A stretch of 64,000 nt of DNA from a virus (lineage: Duplodnaviria; Caudoviricetes): IMG/VR virus record IMGVR_UViG_3300034062_006701; one strand, written 5' to 3'. The notes under the pieces were generated by a model, which was given only the letters and a program-made list of their open reading frames with translations, did no database searches and was not told where the DNA came from. Position 1 is the stretch's first letter, and the number at the start of each line of letters is the position of its first letter. Shown one piece after another: positions 26,385-34,110 of the stretch. The translations under genes were made by a program, and so were the position numbers.

Positions 26385-26603
26385 CTACGAATGATCGACC
26401 TGCTGGAGAAGCATATCCTCAGCAGCGCGCGCCTCACTAGCTTCCTTTAGCTCAGAATAGTTCTTCATTACGTTCTCGTATTCCTCTTTAGTGAGGCAGG
26501 TAGCAAGGCGTGCCTGAGAGCTAAACATATTGTAATGGCCAGATGAACGGACGTACTCGTAAGCTCTGAAAGCGTGGATTTGTTTCTCAGTATAGTAGTC
26601 CAT
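26385..26603 (-). CDS. Hypothetical phage protein
   Basis: YE.VR.SG.YNMFS motif typical of small phage proteins. Confidence 0.65.
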   Translation of the reverse strand: MDYYTEKQIHAFRAYEYVRSSGHYNMFSSQARLATCLTKEEYENVMKNYSELKEASEARAAEDMLLQQVDHS

Positions 26604-26854
26604 TAGATTGCGTAGTTGATTGCCTTGGCAGTCTTCTCTGCCTCATTCTCTTTCTTAATTCGATCGGACATACCAGAGAGACGGTCGATAATCTCTTCAA
26701 TTACGTTCATACGGGAGGCAAAGGCTGGAGCCTCAACGTTCATCTCATTTCCAATATAACGGACCAGCTCTTCAAGCTCTTCTGTCATATAAAACAAGTG
26801 CATTCCCTTATCGTCGGAATCTAGGTTCTGGTAGTAGGATTTATTATTTTTCAT
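26603..26854 (-). CDS. MKNN-cassette hypothetical protein
   Basis: Own promoter TTGAAG-17-TATACT-6-ATG. Confidence 0.68.
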   Translation of the reverse strand: MKNNKSYYQNLDSDDKGMHLFYMTEELEELVRYIGNEMNVEAPAFASRMNVIEEIIDRLSGMSDRIKKENEAEKTAKAINYAI

Positions 26855-26899
26855 ACGATGAGTATATTGAAATTCAAAAGGAACTTCAAGCTCAATGTT

Positions 26900-27082
26900 C
26901 TACGAAAGAAGAACCAGATATGCGTGTCCAGGATCCAGCGTATCATCAATCCTTTCGTCAGCAATTGTCATCTCTTTAACCCCGCAAAATTCATCCATAC
27001 TAGGATCGTATACAGTGACTGTATCATTCAGGCGATCGAACGGGATCTTCCCGAGCTCTTCAATGAGTTGTGCGTATGTCAT
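26900..27082 (-). CDS. Hypothetical acidic protein
   Basis: Starts 1 nt after the stop of a 16-aa MKNKN micro-ORF. Confidence 0.6.
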   Translation of the reverse strand: MTYAQLIEELGKIPFDRLNDTVTVYDPSMDEFCGVKEMTIADERIDDTLDPGHAYLVLLS

Positions 27083-27083
27083 A

Positions 27084-27134
27084 TTAGTGGCGGCAGAGCT
27101 CCGGGACTTCTTCGTTGGTGTTCTTATTTTTCAT
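27084..27134 (-). CDS. 16-aa micro-ORF MKNKNTNEEVPELCRH
   Basis: Promoter TTGACC-17-TATACT-6-ATG; stop directly before the next ATG. Confidence 0.5.
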   Translation of the reverse strand: MKNKNTNEEVPELCRH

Positions 27135-27175
27135 ACGATCAGTATAATGGATTTAGGGGGAAAGGTCAATCCCTA

Positions 27176-27349
27176 TTAGTTGTTGACGTAGCGGTTGATG
27201 TAACTATCGATGGTCTGCTGCGCGGTCTCACTATACTCATAGGTGAGACCATCGAGCATGGTCATCAGAGTTCCAATGATGAAGTCCTTGGACATATCCT
27301 TGGACTCCAGATGATCGACGATATCCTTTACGGTGTTCTTATTTTTCAT
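27176..27349 (-). CDS. 57-aa MKNK-cassette protein (not in ORF track); paralog of 22147..22323
   Basis: MKNKNTVKDIVDHLESKDMSKDFIIGTLMTMLD...; own promoter. Confidence 0.65.
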   Translation of the reverse strand: MKNKNTVKDIVDHLESKDMSKDFIIGTLMTMLDGLTYEYSETAQQTIDSYINRYVNN

Positions 27350-27367
27350 ACGATCAGTATAAAGGGA

Positions 27368-27562
27368 TTAAAGGATGAAGTCAAGCTGCTTCTTCAGCTC
27401 TTCCGCTGTTGCTAGGTCGATAACGATGACGTAATTACTAGAGTACCCTTTAAAGGTAAGCTCCACTACCTCAGGATTACCCTCCTCATATCCGTGCCTT
27501 CCGGTGAGGGCGTCAACACCGGTAAGGACTGATCCAACGATTTGTCGTTCTTTATTTTCCAT
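27368..27562 (-). CDS. MENK-cassette hypothetical protein
   Basis: True start 27562 with TATACT-6-ATG. Confidence 0.6.
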   Translation of the reverse strand: MENKERQIVGSVLTGVDALTGRHGYEEGNPEVVELTFKGYSSNYVIVIDLATAEELKKQLDFIL

Positions 27563-27593
27563 ACTATCAGTATAAGGGAATTTGGTTGTAAGT

Positions 27594-27770
27594 TCAAGCT
27601 GGAAGTTCAACTGCTTCCCAGCTAGCAGGTATATCTCTATCATTGTCATCTATCCAACCCCATCTATCAAGTCCTTGCTCTTTAACTTTCTCTGCAGCCC
27701 ACTCTGGATCAAAGCCAATAGTAATTAGTTCGTTGTTCTTTCTATCAATGAATGCTTTCTTATTTTTCAT
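27594..27770 (-). CDS. MKNK-cassette hypothetical protein
   Basis: True start 27770 with CATAAT-6-ATG. Confidence 0.6.
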   Translation of the reverse strand: MKNKKAFIDRKNNELITIGFDPEWAAEKVKEQGLDRWGWIDDNDRDIPASWEAVELPA

Positions 27771-27807
27771 ACGCTTATTATGGATAGATTGGAAGGAACT
27801 TTCAAGC

Positions 27808-27987
27808 TTAGAGTTGATAGAAGTAATGAATGTCGTTGTCTTCATCATATTTGACAACGATGTCGTTTTGATATAGAAATTCGTCTCCGTTCTCTTCTAC
27901 CTGACGTGCAAACTCTGATACACTACCAAAGATGTCATCTACTACATCTTCTTCAGTGCAATTGCCAATTATTCTGTCAAGATTCAT
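27808..27987 (-). CDS. 59-aa acidic protein (not in ORF track)
   Basis: MNLDRIIGNCTEEDVVDDIFGSV...HYFYQL; follows 27993..28166. Confidence 0.5.
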   Translation of the reverse strand: MNLDRIIGNCTEEDVVDDIFGSVSEFARQVEENGDEFLYQNDIVVKYDEDNDIHYFYQL

Positions 27988-27992
27988 ATAGC

Positions 27993-28166
27993 TTATTCCT
28001 CAGCAAGCTTGTCCTCAATCTTATTGAGAAGGAAGTTCAAAGCTGACAGGCCTTTGCTGTCTTTAAGCTTAGAGCACTTATGCATATCATTTCTGATAGT
28101 ATCTAAAAGCCAATCGACAAACTCCCCTGTATTCTCTGCTAGTTCTTCGTTGTTCTTATTTTTCAT
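27993..28166 (-). CDS. 57-aa MKNK-cassette protein (not in ORF track)
   Basis: MKNKNNEELAENTGEFVDWLLD...; own promoter. Confidence 0.6.
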   Translation of the reverse strand: MKNKNNEELAENTGEFVDWLLDTIRNDMHKCSKLKDSKGLSALNFLLNKIEDKLAEE

Positions 28167-28184
28167 ACGATCAGTATATAGGAA

Positions 28185-28376
28185 TCAGTCCTGAAGGTCA
28201 AGCAGGGAATCCACTACGCAATCCATTCTCTCATGCCTTGAATCATGAATAGCACCTTGAATATAATCCTCAATGTGGGACTGAACCTCAGCTGAAGTTA
28301 CATCAACCCCCTGATCTTTGAGGGTATCAATGATGTCTTGGATTTCGATATTGTCAATGTGGATCTCAATTTTCAT
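28185..28376 (-). CDS. Hypothetical acidic early protein
   Basis: TTGAAT-17-CATAAT-6-ATG. Confidence 0.65.
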   Translation of the reverse strand: MKIEIHIDNIEIQDIIDTLKDQGVDVTSAEVQSHIEDYIQGAIHDSRHERMDCVVDSLLDLQD

Positions 28377-28407
28377 ACGATTATTATGACTGGATTGGAA
28401 GGAACAT

Positions 28408-28596
28408 TCAAGCTTTCTTTTGAATCAATGTGAACTCTGCAAGATAACCACCACCATTAGTATCAAGTTCTACATACTTAAACTTCAATCCAAGATTCTT
28501 AAAAGCATTGACAAAATCATCAAAGTAATGGTAATCAGCTGCTTTAATTTTGAACTGAGTTGGGATCTCTACTGTGGTGGTGTTCTTATTTTTCAT
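28408..28596 (-). CDS. MKNK-cassette hypothetical protein
   Basis: TTGAAG-16-TATACT-6-ATG. Confidence 0.65.
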   Translation of the reverse strand: MKNKNTTTVEIPTQFKIKAADYHYFDDFVNAFKNLGLKFKYVELDTNGGGYLAEFTLIQKKA

Positions 28597-28633
28597 ACAT
28601 TCAGTATAACGGGTTTGGAAGGAACTTCAAGCC

Positions 28634-28822
28634 TTAATCCCTCAAGCACTGGCGAAGGTTCCTCATCTCTAGCCTAATGAAGTTAAAGTCCTTAGACATC
28701 TTAGGATTTGACTCACTTACTCGCTCGGCAAGCTTTGTATAGTAGGCCTGGATGATCTTGGCGGCCTCGTCGACTTGCTCGTAGGTGTATCCTTCTGCGG
28801 TTTTGGTGTTCTTATTTTTCAT
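28634..28822 (-). CDS. MKNK-cassette hypothetical protein (first of the array)
   Basis: TTGAGG-17-TACAAT-6-ATG. Confidence 0.65.
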   Translation of the reverse strand: MKNKNTKTAEGYTYEQVDEAAKIIQAYYTKLAERVSESNPKMSKDFNFIRLEMRNLRQCLRD

Positions 28823-29105
28823 ACATTCATTGTATCGGAACTTTGGAGGAACCTCAAGCCTGGAATTTTGTTTGGATTCCTATTGCCGGTTCCAGCAAAG
28901 GCCATTATAATGAATGGATAATAAGAGAAGGGCCGATGAGCAGGGGCCAGGTTAAAAACAGCTCGAAGGGAGTGTTAAAGCTTGCAACGTTTGTTAGCTG
29001 GGGGTACTCTGATTTACTCACTTCAGACTAACGTCTGGGTCTACGCCCATTTAACATCAACGTTAGTAATAACTTTGAGGAACGTTCCAGTAATGAAAGT
29101 ACTTC

Positions 29106-29257
29106 TTGACCTGCCTAGGGAACTATAATAGAATTATTACATGCTTGGAATAGATAAGTTAAATCAACAAGATTGGGAGTTTATTGGATGTTATGTATTA
29201 CTGACATTCCTAACATTTAGATATCTAACATCTAGATCTAAGAAGTTAGATAAGTAA
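29106..29257 (+). CDS. Promoter plus 38-aa membrane peptide (CDS 29141..29257)
   Basis: TTGACC-17-TAGAAT-6-ATG; MLGIDKLNQQDWEFIGCYVLLTFLTFRYLTSRSKKLDK. Confidence 0.5.
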
Positions 29258-29268
29258 GTAAGGTCAAG

Positions 29269-29376
29269 ATGAATATAGACTATGATGATATAGATACAGG
29301 AATCAGTGTCCTGTTAGGTATTGGTATACTAGTATTGTGTATTCAATTATGGTGGGATGGTTACAAAAATGATTAA
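29269..29376 (+). CDS. 35-aa membrane peptide
   Basis: MNIDYDDIDTGISVLLGIGILVLCIQLWWDGYKND; one transmembrane segment. Confidence 0.45.
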   Translation: MNIDYDDIDTGISVLLGIGILVLCIQLWWDGYKND

Positions 29377-29399
29377 AATATACATTCTATTAATAACCT

Positions 29400-30040
29400 G
29401 TACAGGCCTAACAGGCTGTATACGTAATGATCTCTATATACCGACTAAGATTACGTACGTAAAAGAGATACCAGGACCTAATTGCTACAAGTAATAGGAA
29501 CCTAGATATCGTATACCGTTCCAGATAACCGGGTATCTACCTAGGTAGTAGATGGGTAAGAGGAGCTTTCTTAGGGAATCAGGCTATAGGAAGATATAGA
29601 AAACCGTTTTCTCCGTAGATGATGCAGTTTAGTCTGAGATTAGGAACGGTTATATAGGTATTAGGAACGACTGAGTAGTATGAGGGGCACTGATAGGTAC
29701 GGAGGAGGATGGGAGAATCAACCGGGTCTATTAGATTTAACCGGGGATAATCGTTGAACGGAACTTTTAGGAACGCTATAGGGGAGTATAGATCAGTTTC
29801 CTCAAATCCGATTTAGAAGTTCTATTTCTGTATTTCCTCTATCTAGTCTATTATAGAGCATCCTACCTATCTCTATACCTTTCTTTATTCTTTTATATGT
29901 CCTTTATGTTATCCTTAGTCTAGACTAACTATCTTTATTACGTCTAACAATCTTAGTCTTGACTAACTTTCTTAGTCTTTTCTAATATTTTTAATTAAAA
30001 CTATACTCTTTTCTCTCTATTTCTATTGTTTTCTTTCTTA
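29400..30040. other. Non-coding region with purine/pyrimidine strand switch and short repeats (origin or terminus candidate)
   Basis: Purine-rich plus strand to about 29800, then pyrimidine-rich; several taggaac; cttagtct(a/t)gactaact twice at about 29914 and 29951. Confidence 0.45.
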
Positions 30041-30050
30041 AATATCCTAT

Positions 30051-30221
30051 ATGAAGTTCAATGTACTAGTAGAAGCCTACCTATCTACACTGTTAGAGGA
30101 TAAGGTTAAGCGTGATCGTTGTCTTTCTAGAGCTGATTCTGTCTATGGTAAGAAGACATCTGCCTATAAGTCCGGTGCTGTTGTTAGATGCCGTAAGGGT
30201 AAAATCTGGAAAAAGAAATGA
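30051..30221 (+). CDS. 56-aa basic late protein of the MKF family (not in ORF track)
   Basis: TAAATA upstream; MKFNVLVEAYLSTLLEDKVKRDRC...SAYKSGAVVRCRKGKIWKKK. Confidence 0.65.
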   Translation: MKFNVLVEAYLSTLLEDKVKRDRCLSRADSVYGKKTSAYKSGAVVRCRKGKIWKKK

Positions 30222-30472
30222 ATTCCTCCTTTGATCAATTAGTAAACTTTCTTCTTGAGTCCTTTGATAAGGAAAAGAAAGAAGGACTTCATGGATGGTT
30301 CAGTCGTAATAAAGGTAAGGGATGGGTAGATTGTAAGACTGGTAAATCATGCGGTAGACAGAAGGGGGAAAAGCGTAGAAGTTATCCGGCCTGCCGTCCT
30401 ACCATGGCAATGTGTACCTCAGCTAAGAACAAGAAAAAAGGCTCCAAACGTATTAGCTGGAAAAAGAAGTAA
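30218..30472 (+). CDS. Basic Cys-containing small protein
   Basis: GLHGWF...WVDCKTGK.CGR.....R.YP.CRP motif recalled from uncultured phage proteins; N-terminus MNSSFDQLVNFLLES. Confidence 0.7.
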   Translation: MNSSFDQLVNFLLESFDKEKKEGLHGWFSRNKGKGWVDCKTGKSCGRQKGEKRRSYPACRPTMAMCTSAKNKKKGSKRISWKKK

Positions 30473-30494
30473 TTCTATTCTATCCTATATCAAT

Positions 30495-30731
30495 ATGTCT
30501 ATAGATGTAATTGATTATATTCTAGATCTAATATTAGGAACCTTAATTGTAATCCCTTTTATTCTTTCTCTTCTCTCCGTTCTCTTCGGTATTGTCTATT
30601 ATCTAATCTATCCTTCTAGAGGTAATAAGGCCCAGGATTTAACTATATCTGGTATCTCTATCTCTATAGCTATTCTTATTGTTATCCTCATTCTCCTATC
30701 CCCGCTTCTTATTATTAGCTACTTCCTTTAA
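30495..30731 (+). CDS. Small membrane protein (two transmembrane segments)
   Basis: Highly hydrophobic. Confidence 0.55.
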   Translation: MSIDVIDYILDLILGTLIVIPFILSLLSVLFGIVYYLIYPSRGNKAQDLTISGISISIAILIVILILLSPLLIISYFL

Positions 30732-30792
30732 TCTGTTTTAATTTAAGTCTTGTACTTCCCTTATACTCTAGGTATGCAAAATAAAAACACCC

Positions 30793-31137
30793 ATGAGAGA
30801 TTCATACGCCTACGTTAAACAGATGCGTTTGGTCTATGGGTTCTTTAACTCCGATGATCAGATTCTTTATATTGGATCATCCTTCCTTCCTCTAGAGAAG
30901 CTAGAATACAATCATCGGAATGCTCTAGAGCTTTGGCCTAATGAAGAACATACTCGCTTCAGGACAATGCTAAGTGAATTAGATCACGATTGCGGGGGGT
31001 TTAGAAGACTTATAGAGATGAAATGTACACGCCCGGTTATCGAAGCCCTAGAAGGTCAGCTTATTAGAGCATTCAATACACCTCTTAATGATGATAGGGA
31101 TCCTGTTCGTTCTTCCAAATTATATGGACGCTATTAA
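30793..31137 (+). CDS. GIY-YIG-like nuclease
   Basis: LVYGFF...ILYIGSS, conserved E and N downstream. Confidence 0.55.
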   Translation: MRDSYAYVKQMRLVYGFFNSDDQILYIGSSFLPLEKLEYNHRNALELWPNEEHTRFRTMLSELDHDCGGFRRLIEMKCTRPVIEALEGQLIRAFNTPLNDDRDPVRSSKLYGRY

Positions 31138-31150
31138 ATAAATATATAAT

Positions 31151-31504
31151 ATGAATAAAGACGCACATTTAATGTTTGAAGCTTTTTTAAATAATCAAAA
31201 ACCTAACTCTAATACAACTTCCGAAGATCCTATGTCCAGGATTGAGGCAAAGAGGAAGGAGAGAAAAAACATTGGCTCTGTTCGCTCAGAGGATGCCGAA
31301 ACTTGGGGAGTTGAGAATAAGCTTAAAGAAGCTCTAAGAGAGGTTGAAGGTGTTGGATATGGCGGTGATGGTCTTGATCCTCTAGAGGTTGCCAGGCTTG
31401 TTGTTGGCTCCCAGGGTGATTGGGGTGATAGCTATGAGTCTTTAGTTCAAGCTCTAGCCCACGTCATTAAAGAATATCACAGTAAAGGCATCCAGGATTC
31501 CTAA
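31151..31504 (+). CDS. Late MNKD-family protein (candidate internal head protein)
   Basis: AATAAATA upstream; MNKDAHLMFEAF; SEDAE linker. Confidence 0.7.
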   Translation: MNKDAHLMFEAFLNNQKPNSNTTSEDPMSRIEAKRKERKNIGSVRSEDAETWGVENKLKEALREVEGVGYGGDGLDPLEVARLVVGSQGDWGDSYESLVQALAHVIKEYHSKGIQDS

Positions 31505-31506
31505 TT

Positions 31507-32022
31507 ATGAACAAAGACACACACTTAATCTTTGAGGCTTTAATGTCTAGCCAAAAAATAAAAGACATCAAAGGTCATTCAACAGAAGCTGAAATCGAAA
31601 AGCTTCTCAACTACCTTCGTCAGGACTATTCCAGTGGTCTTGGTCTTGATAATGAAACCCTTGGCGATGTTATTCACGAAATCGAAGACATCATTCGAAG
31701 TGGTACCTCAGCTCACGGTAGTGAAGATGCTGAGTCAGATGAAAAGCACTGTGCATACGCTGCAAAGGGTTGTGATTGTGGAGAGTGTGAAGGGTGTCAG
31801 GATAATGCCATGAAGGGTGAAGATGCTGAATCTTCTAACGTTGACGTCGATACCTTAATTGATACAATTAAAGAGTATCAGGTTAAGAAGGGAAATAGAG
31901 AGTATGCATATTCATACGTTGTCGGTGTATTAAGCTCTATTATTAAAGAAGCCCTCCATTCACCTAAGAACCTTCAGAGCAGTATTAATCGTTCTTACCA
32001 GTCCTTTACAGAGAAGAAATAA
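31507..32022 (+). CDS. Late MNKD-family modular protein
   Basis: MNKDTHLIFEAL; two EDAE linkers; last module homologous to the 32529 C-terminus. Confidence 0.7.
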   Translation: MNKDTHLIFEALMSSQKIKDIKGHSTEAEIEKLLNYLRQDYSSGLGLDNETLGDVIHEIEDIIRSGTSAHGSEDAESDEKHCAYAAKGCDCGECEGCQDNAMKGEDAESSNVDVDTLIDTIKEYQVKKGNREYAYSYVVGVLSSIIKEALHSPKNLQSSINRSYQSFTEKK

Positions 32023-32030
32023 TTTATTAC

Positions 32031-32504
32031 ATGAACAAAGATTCTAATCTTATTTTTGAAGCATATAAGAAGGTTAATGAAGTTTCTCTCTCTTATGATA
32101 GAGAAGGTAATGCGTATGATTCATTGCAGGATTATCACAATGCAAATGTAGCTAAAGAGCAGAAGACAGACATTGTACCCTCTGATGAAGAGATACAAGC
32201 TGCATTAACCAGCTTTAAAAGCAAGTCTACAGTAGAGGAAGTAAAAGAAGCTATTAATGCAGTTGTTGAATACTACAAGCCAACTTCGGAGGAGGAGCTC
32301 AAGGACTACATGTATGAAGATTATTGTGATATAAACAATCTCGGACTCGGAGTTGGTAAGCAACAATATCCATATAAAAAAGACGCAGTCGCCGAGGTTG
32401 CTGTAAGACTTGCAGATACAAAGAGAATGTGGAGACAAAAGAAGGAGCGTAATGCACGTGGTGAGAACGCTGAAGAGGGCTCAAGAGAAGAAGATAATTC
32501 TTAA
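32031..32504 (+). CDS. Late MNKD-family protein
   Basis: MNKDSNLIFEAY; GENAE near the C-terminus. Confidence 0.7.
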   Translation: MNKDSNLIFEAYKKVNEVSLSYDREGNAYDSLQDYHNANVAKEQKTDIVPSDEEIQAALTSFKSKSTVEEVKEAINAVVEYYKPTSEEELKDYMYEDYCDINNLGLGVGKQQYPYKKDAVAEVAVRLADTKRMWRQKKERNARGENAEEGSREEDNS

Positions 32505-32528
32505 TGATTTAAGCTAATAAATATTTTT

Positions 32529-33014
32529 ATGCACAGAGACGACACTAACTTAACTAATGCTTATCGTAGGGTATATCTTACCGAAGACGCAGACTTCCGT
32601 GATCAAGAACTCGGAGTAGATCCTGAGGAAGCTAAAGTCTATGATGATGCAAAGAAAGATATCAGCTATGAGAAGTATCCATTCTGGGATGCTTATCATG
32701 CAGTAAAAGAAGGCGCTTGGACAGAGGACGATTTCGTTCAATGGGCACGCTCTGTTTGGGCTGATGGTGCAGACAATCAAGCTTCGCATTCTTATGGAGA
32801 AGATGCAGAGGGTATAAAATCAAATAACGTTGATGTTAATACTTTTATTGATGCTTTGAAAGCGAGAGAAATTAAAAAAGGTAATAAAGACTTTGCAAAC
32901 GCAGCAGTAATAGGGGTTCTAAGCGCTCTTGTAAAGGACGTACTTAACGGTGAATCGTCTAAAGACATACAACATTCTATTAATAGAATGTATGAGGTTT
33001 ATTCAGAAGAATAA
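32529..33014 (+). CDS. Late protein with GEDAE linker, sharing a module with 31507
   Basis: AATAAATA upstream; NVDV.T.ID..K....KKGN..A...V.GVLS...K..L module. Confidence 0.7.
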   Translation: MHRDDTNLTNAYRRVYLTEDADFRDQELGVDPEEAKVYDDAKKDISYEKYPFWDAYHAVKEGAWTEDDFVQWARSVWADGADNQASHSYGEDAEGIKSNNVDVNTFIDALKAREIKKGNKDFANAAVIGVLSALVKDVLNGESSKDIQHSINRMYEVYSEE

Positions 33015-33030
33015 TATACCTTAATGGTAT

Positions 33031-33312
33031 ATGCCTAAAGCAAAGCTCTCTCTCCTTAAAAAAGGAATTCTAGATGAATTTCTGTCTGACTTCCTTACCC
33101 TACCCTGGAAGGTAAGGAAAGAACTCCTAGACCCTATCTATGAGTTGTATGAGGATGATCCAGATATTACCCAGAGAGATATCTATTCAGCTCTCTTCTA
33201 TATGACCTATGGGTTTGATCCGTCTGTTAAGATTACCCCGATTGCTGAGGTATTTAAGATGTTTAAGATCTACAGGGATAAATGGATTATGATCGATCTA
33301 ACTGACGTTTAA
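33031..33312 (+). CDS. Hypothetical protein
   Basis: 93-aa ORF. Confidence 0.55.
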   Translation: MPKAKLSLLKKGILDEFLSDFLTLPWKVRKELLDPIYELYEDDPDITQRDIYSALFYMTYGFDPSVKITPIAEVFKMFKIYRDKWIMIDLTDV

Positions 33313-33601
33313 CGTCTACCGATCCTGAACCATATCATCATCTGTGTTCCAACTATAGGAATATAAAAAAGAGGCTAAGCTTTTATATGAGCTCTTTCTC
33401 AAGTACTGCAATTTGATAATTGATCTGATCCTGCAAGTTAGCACCATACATCATATGCTGTTTAATCATAGATTCAAGCACAAACACAATGTGGTGTTGA
33501 TCCTTTTTAGCTTTAATCAAAAGGTTTACTAAATCGGATATACTCTTTCGTTCTTGGGACATATTCTATCCCAAGTATTTATTCTATTAAAGATGAGATA
33601 A

Positions 33602-33856
33602 TCAGCTACTAACACTACGAGAGAAATTCTTGACCGCAGACCTTGCACCATTAGGCTCATAGTACATCTTAGTATTCTTAAAGGATTGCTGAGACATAAT
33701 TTGAATTTCAGCGCCTGTCTTATGAGAATATACCATTCTTCCAAGTCTTGGTGTACCGAGCTTATGTTTGTTAGCACAGGTAGAACATGCTACCGTTGTA
33801 GGTAAGATCTCTAATCTCTCCTGTTCAATAGCACCTGAACACAATCTACAGATCAT
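33602..33856 (-). CDS. TraR/DksA C4-type zinc-finger protein
   Basis: CRLCSGAIEQERLEILPTTVACSTCA matches C..C...I...RL...P....C..C. Confidence 0.8.
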   Translation of the reverse strand: MICRLCSGAIEQERLEILPTTVACSTCANKHKLGTPRLGRMVYSHKTGAEIQIMSQQSFKNTKMYYEPNGARSAVKNFSRSVSS

Positions 33857-33861
33857 ATTAA

Positions 33862-34098
33862 CTAGGATGCGTTATCCGAACAATAACTATCAAAGTTAAG
33901 CTCTTCTTTAAGGTCATCTATAACACCGTCAAGCATCATAACTGCCTCACGTTCCTCGATTCCATCATACCAGAAATCATGTAGGTTGACAACATCAGGT
34001 AGATCAGAATAAGAGAGTCCGAACGTCTTATGACAACGGATGTTTAGAGCGCGTTTAAAGTCTCTAAAGCTTATAGTAGGTTCATTTAGTATGTTCAT
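33862..34098 (-). CDS. Hypothetical protein
   Basis: 78-aa ORF. Confidence 0.55.
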   Translation of the reverse strand: MNILNEPTISFRDFKRALNIRCHKTFGLSYSDLPDVVNLHDFWYDGIEEREAVMMLDGVIDDLKEELNFDSYCSDNAS

Positions 34099-34110
34099 AT
34101 TTCTATTAAA

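Larger units (their letters stand above)
22321..28860 (-). promoter_or_regulatory. Array of about 16 sigma70-type early promoters, each 6 nt before an ATG (leaderless)
   Basis: Consensus gcTTGAAGttcc-N-TATACT(or CATAAT)-gatcgt-ATGAAAAATAA before ATGs at 22323, 22543, 24003, 24153, 24370, 26032, 26259, 26854, 27134, 27349, 27562, 27770, 28166, 28376, 28596, 28822; spacer 16-17 nt. Confidence 0.88.

Noticed and set aside
26858-27415. Plus-strand ORFs 26858..27415, 22702..23079, 40954..41367, 54761..55192 and similar
   Set aside because: Antisense shadows of promoter-supported minus-strand genes with no recognisable motifs.
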